Source of the DNA: Giardia intestinalis
Taxonomy: Eukaryota
Reading direction: 5' to 3' (one strand)
DNA: 64,000 nucleotides
Assembly (NCBI GenBank): GCA_000002435.2
Contig: CM018792.1
Numbering within the stretch: the stretch's first letter is position 1; each line of letters opens with the position of its first letter. Below are positions 27,801 to 37,811 of the stretch, piece by piece. The notes below the pieces were generated by a model. That model worked only from the letters and a program-made list of their open reading frames with translations. It had not been told where the DNA came from and searched no databases. The translations under genes were made by a program, and so were the position numbers.

Positions 27801-30473
27801 ATGATAAATTTCCAGGCTGATGAGAGCGCATTTAACCAGCGATGCTTTCTTAATCCGCCTTATATGGTTAAGCCAGTGACTGAAGTCGCTCTTCCTCAGG
27901 GTGCAAGTGTGATAGAGCAGCAACTGCAGAAAGCACGAGGCCCCCGTGTTACGCTTGAAACGCCTGCTGCGGCGAACCATAACGGTTCACATAATAATTC
28001 AGCAGATAAAGAGCCAGCAAGCACTGCCCCCACATTTGTGACTTTTGAGGCGGCCCAGACTGTTTCCAATCCGCCCAAAGTGAAGTCTATGCAGCCCGAG
28101 AATCTGGGGCAAGAGGACGCCGCAGATATCTTTATGGATGTATTCCAGAGCGCAGCAGAGTCTCTGAATCCGGTCGCCCACATTGAGAGGCCACTTATAG
28201 ATGAGCCCTTTGCAAACCTCATTCCTGCAAATGTTGAGCAAAATAAGCGAGGGGCGAACCCATATAACAGCCGTACAAATGCATCCGTAAACTATGAAAC
28301 GCTTCGGCCACGCGGACTTGTCAACTCCCTTTCCAAGCTTATCTTTGTTCGCACTGGCAATCTACGGACGATGTCTGACACCGACTTCAAGCTTTATGTA
28401 GCTAACTTGGGAGGCACGGTAACTACGGCTGTCAGTGGGCGGACAAGTTACCTAGTCGTCGGAGATGATCCTGGTGTAACAAAAATTAGGGACGCAAAGG
28501 CCAAATTTGTACGTATTATTTCAGAAAAGGAGTTTTATGATCTTGTTGTGAAGAAGAGCGGCGTTCCCGATTGGGTACCTTGGGTATCCTTCACTGAGAG
28601 CCTCCAACCTCTTACTACAGACGAACTTGCAGATGTTATTGCAGAGCACAATAAGCAGTACGAGTCTTCTGGTCAGGGCGGAGCAGGAGAAGAGCTGGTT
28701 GCCTTAGGAGCTATAGCAAGTTCTTCTATTGGTGATTCCGCCACCTCTACTGTAAAAGCAGAAAACTTTGACCAGCCTGAAAAGAAAACTACTGGTGTTC
28801 AGGGATCCACGGCTAGCAGAGAAGAGCATGAAAAGCATAAAGAGCTTGTCCGCTTCCAAACACCTATGTCTGAACTAGATTGGTTGATGAAGCATACACC
28901 TACTCGCATTTCTGCGGTTGTTGGGAACAATATAATGATCAATCAGCTTAGGCTTTGGCTTACAGACTGGGCGGATGTCTTCATAAACAAAGTGCCGGTG
29001 GAGTCTGTCCTCTCTTCAGAAGGGTATGCGAGGTACAACAAGGGCATGGGAGAACGCTTTCAGTTCAAGGCAGCTCTGGTTTCGGGGCCTTCGGGTATTG
29101 GAAAGACCCTCGCCGTTAATCTTATCGTCAAGGAGAGTAGCTACTCTCCTTATTACCTGAGTGTCGCCGAGCAGCGCAGCAAGCTTTCACTCCAGGAGGC
29201 GCTATCCGATGTCTTTGAGAGCTGTGGGATCATTAGGTTCTTAGGCGGGGCACAGAGGTTGAGCAGGTCGACAAGCAACGATAGTAAGACAGGCCTATGC
29301 TTAATAATCGACGAGTGTGAGAGTATGGACGCTGGAGGTGCTAGTTACTTGCTCTCAGTAATGAACAAGGAGTCTAACCGTGTCCCCATAATCTTTATCT
29401 GTAACAATGCGCACGACCAGAAGCTGAAGACCCTACGTAGCAAATGTGCACTGTTCCCCTTTGAGCGACCTCAGAAGGACATGATCGGGAAGTTTCTTTT
29501 GTCTGTTGCCGAAGCAGAGAACGTGTCTCTCCAATCTGGTCATGCAAGTCTTATTGCAGAGCGTGTGCGCAGTGACGTCCGCTATGCCATCAATGAGCTG
29601 CAGTTCAGGACAGCAGGTAGCAAAGATTCGTCATACTCAGCGAAAGCGTTGTCGTCACTTCATATTGTCACGGCAGCACCAACGATGTTTGAAACCTGGA
29701 ATCTCATTCTCGACTACCGCGTGCTCAAGCAGTGGGTTGCCAACACAAAGCAGGATGGCTGCTATCGATCTCTTATAACGCTCCACATGGGAGACCCTTC
29801 TTTGAATACTGCGGGGATATTCCAGAACTATCGCACGAAGACAGCCGGGCTCTTGAGCTACACCTCTGTCCTGTCCGACTTGCTATCCACGAGCGAGACC
29901 ATGCTGGCTAGGATGATGTCTGTTGGTGACTGGTCGTGTAGCCGCGATCAGGCCGTGTTTTCTGCTGTACTGCCGAACCTCATACTTTCTACCCTTGATC
30001 TCACAGGAACAGGAAGCTTTGGAACCTTTCGCCAAAATACTTTCCCAGGAATGGTGTTGAATGCAGTGAGTTCTGCTAAGTCGGCAGCTGCAAAGGTGGA
30101 CGAGTTTTGGACAAGGTCGGCTAGGCTAGGCACCTCGGGGAGGGGCAGTATACTAGCGTCAAACATGCCCATGTTTGCGTCTTTAATTGCTAATGGATGG
30201 GAGCTTTGTGGAGACGCTCTTTTGCAACATATGAAAAAAGGAAGAGAGCTCGCTCCAGATGAAGACTGCTTTGCTTCTCTGCTAACGGACACATTTAGCG
30301 GCGTTTCTATGGATACGTGGAAAGAGTTCAAAGAGATTCAGGAGATACCTCTCGTCAGTGGGAAGTCGCAGACAGCCCTCACCAGCTACCTTCAAGGCAT
30401 TATGGACTACGACTATCGGTCTATAGCGCCTTCCTCTAAAAAGAATCCTCGTGCCCGAAAAGTAAAGCAGTAG
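27801..30473 (+). CDS. RFC1: Replication factor C large subunit (RFC1) with BRCT domain and AAA+ module
   Basis: BRCT-like ...LGGTVTTAVSGRTSYLVVGDDPG...; Walker A LVSGPSGIGKTLAV; clamp-loader organisation. Confidence 0.88.
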   Translation: MINFQADESAFNQRCFLNPPYMVKPVTEVALPQGASVIEQQLQKARGPRVTLETPAAANHNGSHNNSADKEPASTAPTFVTFEAAQTVSNPPKVKSMQPENLGQEDAADIFMDVFQSAAESLNPVAHIERPLIDEPFANLIPANVEQNKRGANPYNSRTNASVNYETLRPRGLVNSLSKLIFVRTGNLRTMSDTDFKLYVANLGGTVTTAVSGRTSYLVVGDDPGVTKIRDAKAKFVRIISEKEFYDLVVKKSGVPDWVPWVSFTESLQPLTTDELADVIAEHNKQYESSGQGGAGEELVALGAIASSSIGDSATSTVKAENFDQPEKKTTGVQGSTASREEHEKHKELVRFQTPMSELDWLMKHTPTRISAVVGNNIMINQLRLWLTDWADVFINKVPVESVLSSEGYARYNKGMGERFQFKAALVSGPSGIGKTLAVNLIVKESSYSPYYLSVAEQRSKLSLQEALSDVFESCGIIRFLGGAQRLSRSTSNDSKTGLCLIIDECESMDAGGASYLLSVMNKESNRVPIIFICNNAHDQKLKTLRSKCALFPFERPQKDMIGKFLLSVAEAENVSLQSGHASLIAERVRSDVRYAINELQFRTAGSKDSSYSAKALSSLHIVTAAPTMFETWNLILDYRVLKQWVANTKQDGCYRSLITLHMGDPSLNTAGIFQNYRTKTAGLLSYTSVLSDLLSTSETMLARMMSVGDWSCSRDQAVFSAVLPNLILSTLDLTGTGSFGTFRQNTFPGMVLNAVSSAKSAAAKVDEFWTRSARLGTSGRGSILASNMPMFASLIANGWELCGDALLQHMKKGRELAPDEDCFASLLTDTFSGVSMDTWKEFKEIQEIPLVSGKSQTALTSYLQGIMDYDYRSIAPSSKKNPRARKVKQ

Positions 30474-30493
30474 TTCTTACGTAAAACATTTAA

Positions 30494-31105
30494 ATGATTA
30501 ATTTGAGGGTAGAAGAGATCTATGAGCGGCTTGCCTCCGTAATGGCCGCTCTGCCGCTGCATGTGGCCGTGCGCCCCCATGGGATAAGTAAGCATATGCT
30601 CCTCGAACGTTTCGAGAACAACAGAAAGGCTGACAGCGAGCTTTTCAAGAAGCAAGAGCAGACACAGCCAGCGTTCACGGAAGAGGCCTCAGATGATACC
30701 TCGTCCAGTGCCTCTCCTGAAAGTGACACCGACGACATCCAGGCAGCTAATCTTGGCGCAGTTGGGAGCGAAAAAGTCCAGATACTCGACGGCATCCCCC
30801 GGTCCCGCAAGGCTGCTGATAAGCGTGCTTTGAAGGAGGCCATTGCAGCTAAGAAGGAACGGGAACAGGCGATTGCTGCGGCCGCTAAGGGAGACCGGGC
30901 CGCGATGGACAGCGTCGTTGACAAAGAGTACGACGTGGCAATGCGGCGGGCGTCTGGTAAAAAGGTGCGCGACGACCCCGCGCGGATTCGTAAGTCGATG
31001 AGGAACAATCAAGGCAGGCGGCCCCGGGGGAAAGCAGCTTCAAAGCCCCAGAAGCCGAAGTTCCCCATGAAGTCCCAGGCGGGGTTCGGAAGAGGCCCGA
31101 AGTGA
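30494..31105 (+). CDS. Hypothetical basic protein, Lys/Arg-rich C-terminus (nucleolar or rRNA-processing-like)
   Basis: ATG start 20 bp after the RFC1 stop. Acidic Ser-rich centre and basic tail. Confidence 0.55.
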   Translation: MINLRVEEIYERLASVMAALPLHVAVRPHGISKHMLLERFENNRKADSELFKKQEQTQPAFTEEASDDTSSSASPESDTDDIQAANLGAVGSEKVQILDGIPRSRKAADKRALKEAIAAKKEREQAIAAAAKGDRAAMDSVVDKEYDVAMRRASGKKVRDDPARIRKSMRNNQGRRPRGKAASKPQKPKFPMKSQAGFGRGPK

Positions 31106-31124
31106 GACGTAAATGCTGATCGAT

Positions 31125-31487
31125 TTACTTCGCATGCCCCTTGCCGGCGGTCTGCTTGGCCGTCTTAGCTGTCTGAGCGGCGATTTCCCTCAGAGCCTGG
31201 TTCTCTTCATTGAGGAACGACTCCAAGATGTGAGCACGGAGCGCAGACCCGCAGAGCTTGCCGCCGTAGGGACGCGAGACTTTTCGCTGCTGGCGCGTGA
31301 GGTGCTGGGGGATCACACGGGGAATGCCGTGGATCTGTTTGCCGGTCTCTGCGCAATGGGGGGCATTCGGCAGCTTCTTAACGCGGAGGGACGTCAGCCT
31401 GTTCCCGGGAGTGCGCTTGTAACGCACGATCTTCGAGCGAGTCCTGTATGTGGAGTGGAAGCGGCAAGTGACGCGACAGTCGGCCAT
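31125..31487 (-). CDS. RPL34: 60S ribosomal protein L34e
   Basis: YRTRSKIVRYKRTPGNRL...PYGGKLCGSALRAHI matches L34e. Convergent, 19 bp from the previous gene. Confidence 0.9.
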   Translation of the reverse strand: MADCRVTCRFHSTYRTRSKIVRYKRTPGNRLTSLRVKKLPNAPHCAETGKQIHGIPRVIPQHLTRQQRKVSRPYGGKLCGSALRAHILESFLNEENQALREIAAQTAKTAKQTAGKGHAK

Positions 31488-31699
31488 CTCGGGCGGGCAG
31501 CTCTTTAGTAATTAAAAGCCAATTTAAAATTCTTTCTATTTTTAAAACGAGAATGTATCGAGCGAGCCTCGGAGGAACCAGAGAGGGGTAGTGATAGCGG
31601 AGACCGTGTCCCGGCCAGCGTGCAAGCGAGCCTTTGTGTACGATAACAGAGAAAATTATATCTTACAATGACGTCAAATCGCGATTTAAACGAAATAAA

Positions 31700-32404
31700 A
31701 TGATCACTCCTCTGCTCCTTGTGCTCTCCCTCGGCAAGGTTGTCGAGTTAGGCAAAGATGAATTCAACACGCTGCGCAATTCCGGCGCCTCCATGTCTGT
31801 TGTCTTCTATGCCCCGTGGTGTGGACACTGCAAGAATCTGAAGCCAGAGTACGCTAAGGCCGGGGCAGAGCTGGATGGTGTTGTGGACCTTTACATGGTT
31901 GACTGCACCAATGAGAGCAACGGGGGGAAGGATCTCTGTGGGGAGTTCGACGTTCAGGGCTTTCCCACGATAAAGATGATAAACACTGAGAAGGATAGTG
32001 TGCTCGACTATAACGGCGCAAGGGAGGCGAAGGCTCTTCGCTCGTTTGTCCTCTATAACATGAAGAAGCCGTTCAGGGACCATAGGACTCCAAAGGCCTT
32101 CCTGGAAGCCGTGAAAGCAGCGAAGGAGGACGGAAAGCTGCACCTGTTTATAGTCACTGAGAGCAAGGCAGCCAGCAGCTATCTCTTCAAGCTGGCCAAG
32201 AAGGTGTCCGAGAAGATGTCTATTCACGTGCTCCTCAACAGTACGGCGGACAAGATCAAAGAGCTCACCGAGGGCGGCTTGGAGAAGCACATCTCTGCTG
32301 GAAAGCTCTCCCTCTTCACTGTCAAGAAGAGTGCCACGGAGTCCTTCAGCGGGGCCAACACACCTGGCGAGATAGAGAAGTGGCTCCATAACCACGCCAA
32401 GTGA
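31700..32404 (+). CDS. PDI: Protein disulfide isomerase (single thioredoxin domain, CGHC active site) with signal peptide
   Basis: Trimmed from a TTG start to the ATG (MITPLLLVLSLGK...). Contains FYAPWCGHCKNLKPEY. Confidence 0.85.
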   Translation: MITPLLLVLSLGKVVELGKDEFNTLRNSGASMSVVFYAPWCGHCKNLKPEYAKAGAELDGVVDLYMVDCTNESNGGKDLCGEFDVQGFPTIKMINTEKDSVLDYNGAREAKALRSFVLYNMKKPFRDHRTPKAFLEAVKAAKEDGKLHLFIVTESKAASSYLFKLAKKVSEKMSIHVLLNSTADKIKELTEGGLEKHISAGKLSLFTVKKSATESFSGANTPGEIEKWLHNHAK

Positions 32405-32454
32405 ATGTAAACGTTTACTGCGGGTCTAGTAGATTTGTTCCAGGACCTGTAAGG

Positions 32455-33240
32455 ATGACGCTACTCTGTCCGGAGGTGATGGCTGGGTCGCTGGGAATGG
32501 CGGCTGTTTTGACCGACAGCATAGTCCAGTGTGCCTTGCTGGGCATTTCTGGAAGAGCGCTAGCCGACTTTCTGTTGTATCCCGGCGGGGCCCTCGAATA
32601 TGCGTCACTGTTACACGCGTGCTTCTCCATCAGTAACCAGGTGTACAATATCCGCAAGAGAGATGGCAACAGCTGGGCCGATGTCACACGGCTAGGCCTC
32701 CAGTTGTGTGTCAGTGCCCTGTCAACAGGAGTCAGTGCGCTGCTTGTAGGTGAGCGATACTCGATACAGTTGACCCTCTCCGCCGTCGCTTTTGCACTGA
32801 TGATTGGGTTGCTAGGACTGACGGAGGCGCTATTCCAAAGGATGCTGCTGTGGAGGGCCGCAGTAGGGCTGCAAGTCGTCAGCCTACTGTACCGTCTGAT
32901 AATGCACTCTGTGCTGTATGCAAAGCGTGTCCACTGGGAGCTGGATGTCGAGTACTATCACGTCCAGGAGTACAATCTGTGCATAGCCATTTTTGTGACC
33001 TGTAGCACGCTCATATCCATTTCAACGAGCAACCCTGGGGCTGCAGTCTGCGCTGTCGCAGTATTGCTTGGCTTAACGATTCGAAGTACGCTGAAATGGC
33101 AGTTGGGGGCTTTTAGAAACATGTGCATTGGCTGCCTAGTCCTTGCTATTGTCAATGCCGCCCAAGTAGTCTATAACACGGAGGTCCGACACCCTGTCCA
33201 AAAATCGCAGCAAAGCAAATTAATTAAAAATGGCACGTGA
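32455..33240 (+). CDS. Hypothetical multi-pass membrane protein, 261 aa
   Basis: Track ORF starts at GTG at 32401, so I trimmed to the first ATG. It has 6-7 hydrophobic helices. Its 3' end overlaps the NDK start by 11 nt. Confidence 0.55.
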   Translation: MTLLCPEVMAGSLGMAAVLTDSIVQCALLGISGRALADFLLYPGGALEYASLLHACFSISNQVYNIRKRDGNSWADVTRLGLQLCVSALSTGVSALLVGERYSIQLTLSAVAFALMIGLLGLTEALFQRMLLWRAAVGLQVVSLLYRLIMHSVLYAKRVHWELDVEYYHVQEYNLCIAIFVTCSTLISISTSNPGAAVCAVAVLLGLTIRSTLKWQLGAFRNMCIGCLVLAIVNAAQVVYNTEVRHPVQKSQQSKLIKNGT

Positions 33241-33685
33241 ACGCACCTTTCTCATGGTGAAGCCGGACGGTGTCCAGCGCGGCCTCGTCGGCGAGATAAT
33301 CTCCCGCTTCGAGCGCAGGGGCTTCAAGCTGGTCGCCATGAAGTTCTTTGTGCCTTCGAAGAACCTTGTCGAGGAGCACTACAAGGAGCACGCCGCCAGG
33401 CCTTTCTTCGCCGGGCTCTGCAAGTTCTTGTCCAGCGGCCCCGTCTGCGCCATGGTCTGGGAGGGCGCCAATGTGGTGAGCATATCCCGCACCATGATGG
33501 GGGTCACGAAGCCGGCCGAGTCTGCTCCCGGCACGATACGCGGGGACTTCGGCATTGACGTCGGGAGGAACATCATTCACGGCTCTGCCAATCTCGATGA
33601 TGCGGCGCGTGAGATAGCTCTCTGGTTCAAGCCAGAGGAGGTGGCCTCGTGGAGCTGCTCTCTCGAGAGCCACATCTATGAGTGA
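33230..33685 (+). CDS. NDK: Nucleoside diphosphate kinase
   Basis: [23 protein letters not shown]...NIIHGS with the active-site His. High GC3. The antisense ORF 33224..33754 is a shadow. Confidence 0.95.
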   Translation: MARERTFLMVKPDGVQRGLVGEIISRFERRGFKLVAMKFFVPSKNLVEEHYKEHAARPFFAGLCKFLSSGPVCAMVWEGANVVSISRTMMGVTKPAESAPGTIRGDFGIDVGRNIIHGSANLDDAAREIALWFKPEEVASWSCSLESHIYE

Positions 33686-34208
33686 ACCCATTTGGCCGTT
33701 CCTAATTAGTGACCAGAAACTCTCATTGTGGTTTTGGTATTTCTCCAAAACCAAAGATTGGACTGGGTGAGTGTGTATTAGAACTTACGCACGACGCGCT
33801 CCTCGCTCCTGCGGCCCACTTATTTATCTGCTCATAACTAGAACACCGCGTGGGATGCTCCTTTCGGCCGGCATTCTCCCTTCGCTTATCTCAAGTTACG
33901 TTGGACAGACTCTACGACCGACGTCCCTGAAAAGGCCAGTCAATCAGCCTATTATGGGCATCAAGTGCTGGGGCCTGGCGTCAAGCTGCTCCTTCTTGAG
34001 TCTCAGCGGAGATGCGCTTTACTGTAGTGGAGTTGTCGGTCAATATTTTTCTGTAGGTACACTGAAAGCTATTGACTAGAGAGGATCCTTATCTGGGGGT
34101 TCTGATTCCAGCCACACCTCAGCGTGGGTTTTGAGAAAACACTGCGGGGGCGTCTTTTTCCGCCGGTCAACATTTTCACAGAGCTCGTTTTAAAATATCA
34201 AGGTATAC

Positions 34209-35978
34209 ATGCAAGTCGAAGACCCTGGTGCGCGTAGCACAGTTCTCACAGAGGTATCCGTGCAGGGCGCCGTGGAGGATGGATCTGCAGCCCAGCAGCA
34301 GGCCGCCAAATCTGCACCTCCGAAGAAGGCTGGATCGCATCTCTATTCGTACGGGACGATGATCGGCATCGCTATAAACTACATTATAGGAACTGGCGCT
34401 CTATCTCTTTCTGTTACCATGGGGAGTGCAGGCGTTCTCATGACAGTCATAATCCTCATCATTGGCTCGGGAATCACTCTCTTTCTTGCGATCTACTTCA
34501 CAGAGGTTTTGGCGCGTGCGTATGCTCTGGCCAGAGGCGGATTTGCTCCCGAAGACATCCTTAACAAGCTGCACGAGTACGAAAATCCCGTCTCGGCCAC
34601 TGCCTCTGCCGAGGGCTCCAACGCAAGCGCTGCCATTGGGAACGCTACTATTGAGGGCGGTAAGGCCTGCAACACACTCTCTCCCGATTACTCTCTTTCC
34701 ACAGAATGCGAGTTTTGCATTTCTGAGCTCATGAAGATGTTCTATGGGAAGCCAGGCTTCTACATCTATCAGGTTTCTAATTTGATCTACTTCTTCGGGA
34801 CGGTCTGGAGCTACGGAAACGTCGTCGCATCGTCTCTGACTTCCATTATTCCGATGTACAGTCTTCCGGGTAGTCCTAAGACGTGGGAGTGTGATGTTAA
34901 TAAGATGAGTAAGTTAGGTGATCCTTGTTATACCGCTTACTGGATTTGGCTGTGTATTGCCATGGTCATCGCTTGTATTCTGATATTCTTTGATTTGAGT
35001 CAGCAAAAGGTCCTGCAAACAATCTTCACTGGGTGCCGATTTGCTACCATTGCACTGGTTCTTCTTTTTACGATTGTGGGATATTCCAGGGGGCCATATT
35101 CTAAAACCTATTCTAAAGGAAATGCTAGCTCAGCCATAAGAATATTGGAAACGGATATATACTGGATTGCTAATCAGTTTTCATCCATTGTATTCTGCCA
35201 GGTTTGCCACCATTCCATTCCGGAAATCATCCGACCAGTCAAGAAGGAGCACCACGGGAAAATTAACTTCGGATTCACAATCACCTATATGGTCATCTTT
35301 GTCATAACGTCGCTTATTTTGTTCATGTGTGGATCGTACTTTGGGACGCTTGGTGAGGGGTTATTGACGCTGAACTTTGGTCAATGGCACGGTACAGACT
35401 GGAATCTCTGTGCTAAAGACAAAACAGGTGGTGCAGAGATGGTTCTTGGCTATATTGTGCGTGTGCTGCCGCCTATATACGTGACGACAGCAATCCCCAT
35501 CAATGCGCTTACAATGTCCAATAATCTTTTGTCGCTTTTCCCTCTGAGGCTCCAAAAGCATCTTGCTTTGGTCGTTTTTGCTAAGCTCATCTCTATCATT
35601 CCGGCTATGATGATGGCTGGGCTCGTTAAGGACCTGAACAAGATTGTCGGCTTCTCTGGACTGACGGGTTTTGTTATTATCAGCGTGTCTGCTCTCATGA
35701 TCATCAAGGGTAGAAAGCTTTGCAAGCAGCACTTTGGAGACGCCAACCTAAGAACGCCGTTCAACTCGTGGTCTTCCCACATCGCTATAATATATACGAT
35801 ACTTGTGATAACTGGCGTTGGGTTCATATTGACAACTTATTCCGTCGTTGCGGATGCAATAGGTAAGGCAAGTCCAAGGTATGTTAGTGAATACCCTGAT
35901 TGCAAAAATAACACGGGTACCACGTCCTTGTCTCTTGTTTCCACTACTGTTGATAATTGTCCGTACAATAAAAAATAA
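34209..35978 (+). CDS. Amino acid transporter (Aa_trans/AAAP family), 589 aa
   Basis: About 11 TM helices. The N-terminal motif GTMIGIAINYIIGTGALSL is typical of the Aa_trans family. Confidence 0.82.
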   Translation: MQVEDPGARSTVLTEVSVQGAVEDGSAAQQQAAKSAPPKKAGSHLYSYGTMIGIAINYIIGTGALSLSVTMGSAGVLMTVIILIIGSGITLFLAIYFTEVLARAYALARGGFAPEDILNKLHEYENPVSATASAEGSNASAAIGNATIEGGKACNTLSPDYSLSTECEFCISELMKMFYGKPGFYIYQVSNLIYFFGTVWSYGNVVASSLTSIIPMYSLPGSPKTWECDVNKMSKLGDPCYTAYWIWLCIAMVIACILIFFDLSQQKVLQTIFTGCRFATIALVLLFTIVGYSRGPYSKTYSKGNASSAIRILETDIYWIANQFSSIVFCQVCHHSIPEIIRPVKKEHHGKINFGFTITYMVIFVITSLILFMCGSYFGTLGEGLLTLNFGQWHGTDWNLCAKDKTGGAEMVLGYIVRVLPPIYVTTAIPINALTMSNNLLSLFPLRLQKHLALVVFAKLISIIPAMMMAGLVKDLNKIVGFSGLTGFVIISVSALMIIKGRKLCKQHFGDANLRTPFNSWSSHIAIIYTILVITGVGFILTTYSVVADAIGKASPRYVSEYPDCKNNTGTTSLSLVSTTVDNCPYNKK

Positions 35979-36003
35979 ATAGTCAAGACGTTTTTCTTTT
36001 GCT

Positions 36004-37776
36004 ATGACGACCCTCCGCATCGATAACCTTACGCAGGAGGAGGCGGAACTCGTGCTGGCCACTGTCATGCAGGCACTACGGCCAGTGAAGGAGCTGCGCT
36101 CATATTGTGCGGTTGCCCTTTTCACCCCGTGCTCGTCGTCCCAGAGCCGCCTTTTGGCATTTTCCATGGACCTCACTGCCACCATTGTTTCTCAGGATGG
36201 TTCGACGCCCCCTGTGGTGCTGGCCATTCCACCACTTCCGCACTATCTGCTGGGCGGCGTCAAGTACGCAACGGCTATTTCGTGCATGGCGTTTACCACA
36301 CTTCTGCACCAAGATGGCCCTCCAGTGTTAATTATTGGGCTGAGCAACGGTGCCTGGGGCGTGTTTGACCTCGGCGGCTGCCTGCTTTTTCCATACATAG
36401 GAGACTCGAGATCTGGCTTATCAATTACAGCCGAACCTGTGATTGAGATTGTAACCCCAGAGAGCTACGATCTCTCGCCATCTGTTCACTTAACGGTCCG
36501 TCAGTATAGTCGCGTGCTCCATGTCACTCTTGAGGACCTCACTGCAGCCATTGCACGGAACATAGAAGCGGCTGGCTTTCAAGCTTGTTCATTTAGAGAC
36601 GCAGATCTTGAAACTAGCCAGCTTCCAGTCTCCGTTCACGACCAGAACCTATTCGCAATTGAACTGATGGACTCTGTAACTATGGAGGCGTTGCGTCCCA
36701 TTGGAAAGCTTAAGATAACCTATAAGTCTGTGGTGTACTACTACTCTGATGCCGTGTCCTTTATCGTGGTAGACCTTACCCAGTTCCATCCGTCGTGCAA
36801 TCTGAATCTGAAAGAGCCGCGAATACTTAGCGTCCCTGAGGATCAAGACACACAGAAGTTACTTGCATGTCCACTTCGAATAAATAGTATGCTTATTGAT
36901 GGGAGTCACTGCCTCATTGTAGGCCCCAATCCGTTTATTGTCCGCATCTCACCGGTCACTGTCGATATAGGCGCCATCAATCTACCAAGGGCCTTTCTGG
37001 ACACCATGGCCACCACTGTACTGCTACCAGACCAGGTGATATCCTTTTCTTCTAACGTCTTCAAAGTGGAGGTGCACGGATGTACACGCGAGCAAGCGGC
37101 GGTGTATGCCGCGCAATACATAGGTGGTAGCCTAGTAGATCAGGTCAACTACAGCATGGGATATCTCCGCGGCGATTTCAGAGCTGATGACCAAGACGTA
37201 GGTTGTGCCAGTGCCTGGGCATTGACAACAATGGATAACGTAGTACCGGAAATATGTAGCCCCATCTCAGACTTGGCTCTGGTACTCGACAAGGCAAAGG
37301 ATGCTATGGAGGAATTTGCTTCAAATAGATCAAAAGAGATTCAGAATGTATTTAGCTCGTATTTCCGTGTCCCATTCAGCATTTGGTGTGACAGCATGGA
37401 AGCCCCACACATCGTTGCACTGAGTGATGCCGGGCAAGTACTGTGCATGTCCCTTCGCTCCTTTGAAATCTGCGGGTCGCGATTTTTGTCCTTGCCTGCC
37501 ACCTCCTCTGATCTGTCCGGAGAACACTCATTCACTATCGCGGTGACCAGAGATGCTGGAGGGGCGCGCCTCCGTGTGTGGGCGTGGAAGCCAGACTTAT
37601 CCAATTTCTCCCAGACATATGAATGGGTCATTGCGTTACCGGGCCTAGAAATAATATCGGAAGGCATTCCTGATGGTCAGTGTCTGGTCCAGTCCAGAAG
37701 AACTGCTTATGCTGTTAAGGTAATACCCCAGGGTACACTCTACTCTTTAGAGTGGACCGTATTGGATAAGGGTTGA
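36004..37776 (+). CDS. Hypothetical protein, 590 aa (possible beta-propeller)
   Basis: ATG start 25 bp after the transporter stop. Confidence 0.72.
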   Translation: MTTLRIDNLTQEEAELVLATVMQALRPVKELRSYCAVALFTPCSSSQSRLLAFSMDLTATIVSQDGSTPPVVLAIPPLPHYLLGGVKYATAISCMAFTTLLHQDGPPVLIIGLSNGAWGVFDLGGCLLFPYIGDSRSGLSITAEPVIEIVTPESYDLSPSVHLTVRQYSRVLHVTLEDLTAAIARNIEAAGFQACSFRDADLETSQLPVSVHDQNLFAIELMDSVTMEALRPIGKLKITYKSVVYYYSDAVSFIVVDLTQFHPSCNLNLKEPRILSVPEDQDTQKLLACPLRINSMLIDGSHCLIVGPNPFIVRISPVTVDIGAINLPRAFLDTMATTVLLPDQVISFSSNVFKVEVHGCTREQAAVYAAQYIGGSLVDQVNYSMGYLRGDFRADDQDVGCASAWALTTMDNVVPEICSPISDLALVLDKAKDAMEEFASNRSKEIQNVFSSYFRVPFSIWCDSMEAPHIVALSDAGQVLCMSLRSFEICGSRFLSLPATSSDLSGEHSFTIAVTRDAGGARLRVWAWKPDLSNFSQTYEWVIALPGLEIISEGIPDGQCLVQSRRTAYAVKVIPQGTLYSLEWTVLDKG

Positions 37777-37811
37777 CGTTTTCGTTACACCTTTAAAAAT
37801 AAACAAACATT

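Noticed and set aside
33224-33754. 176-aa minus ORF antisense to NDK, and similar antisense ORFs inside RFC1 (27896..28222, 27999..28241), the kinases and XPB
   Set aside because: They lie wholly inside well-supported genes on the opposite strand and are typical shadow ORFs. They start at non-ATG codons in several cases.
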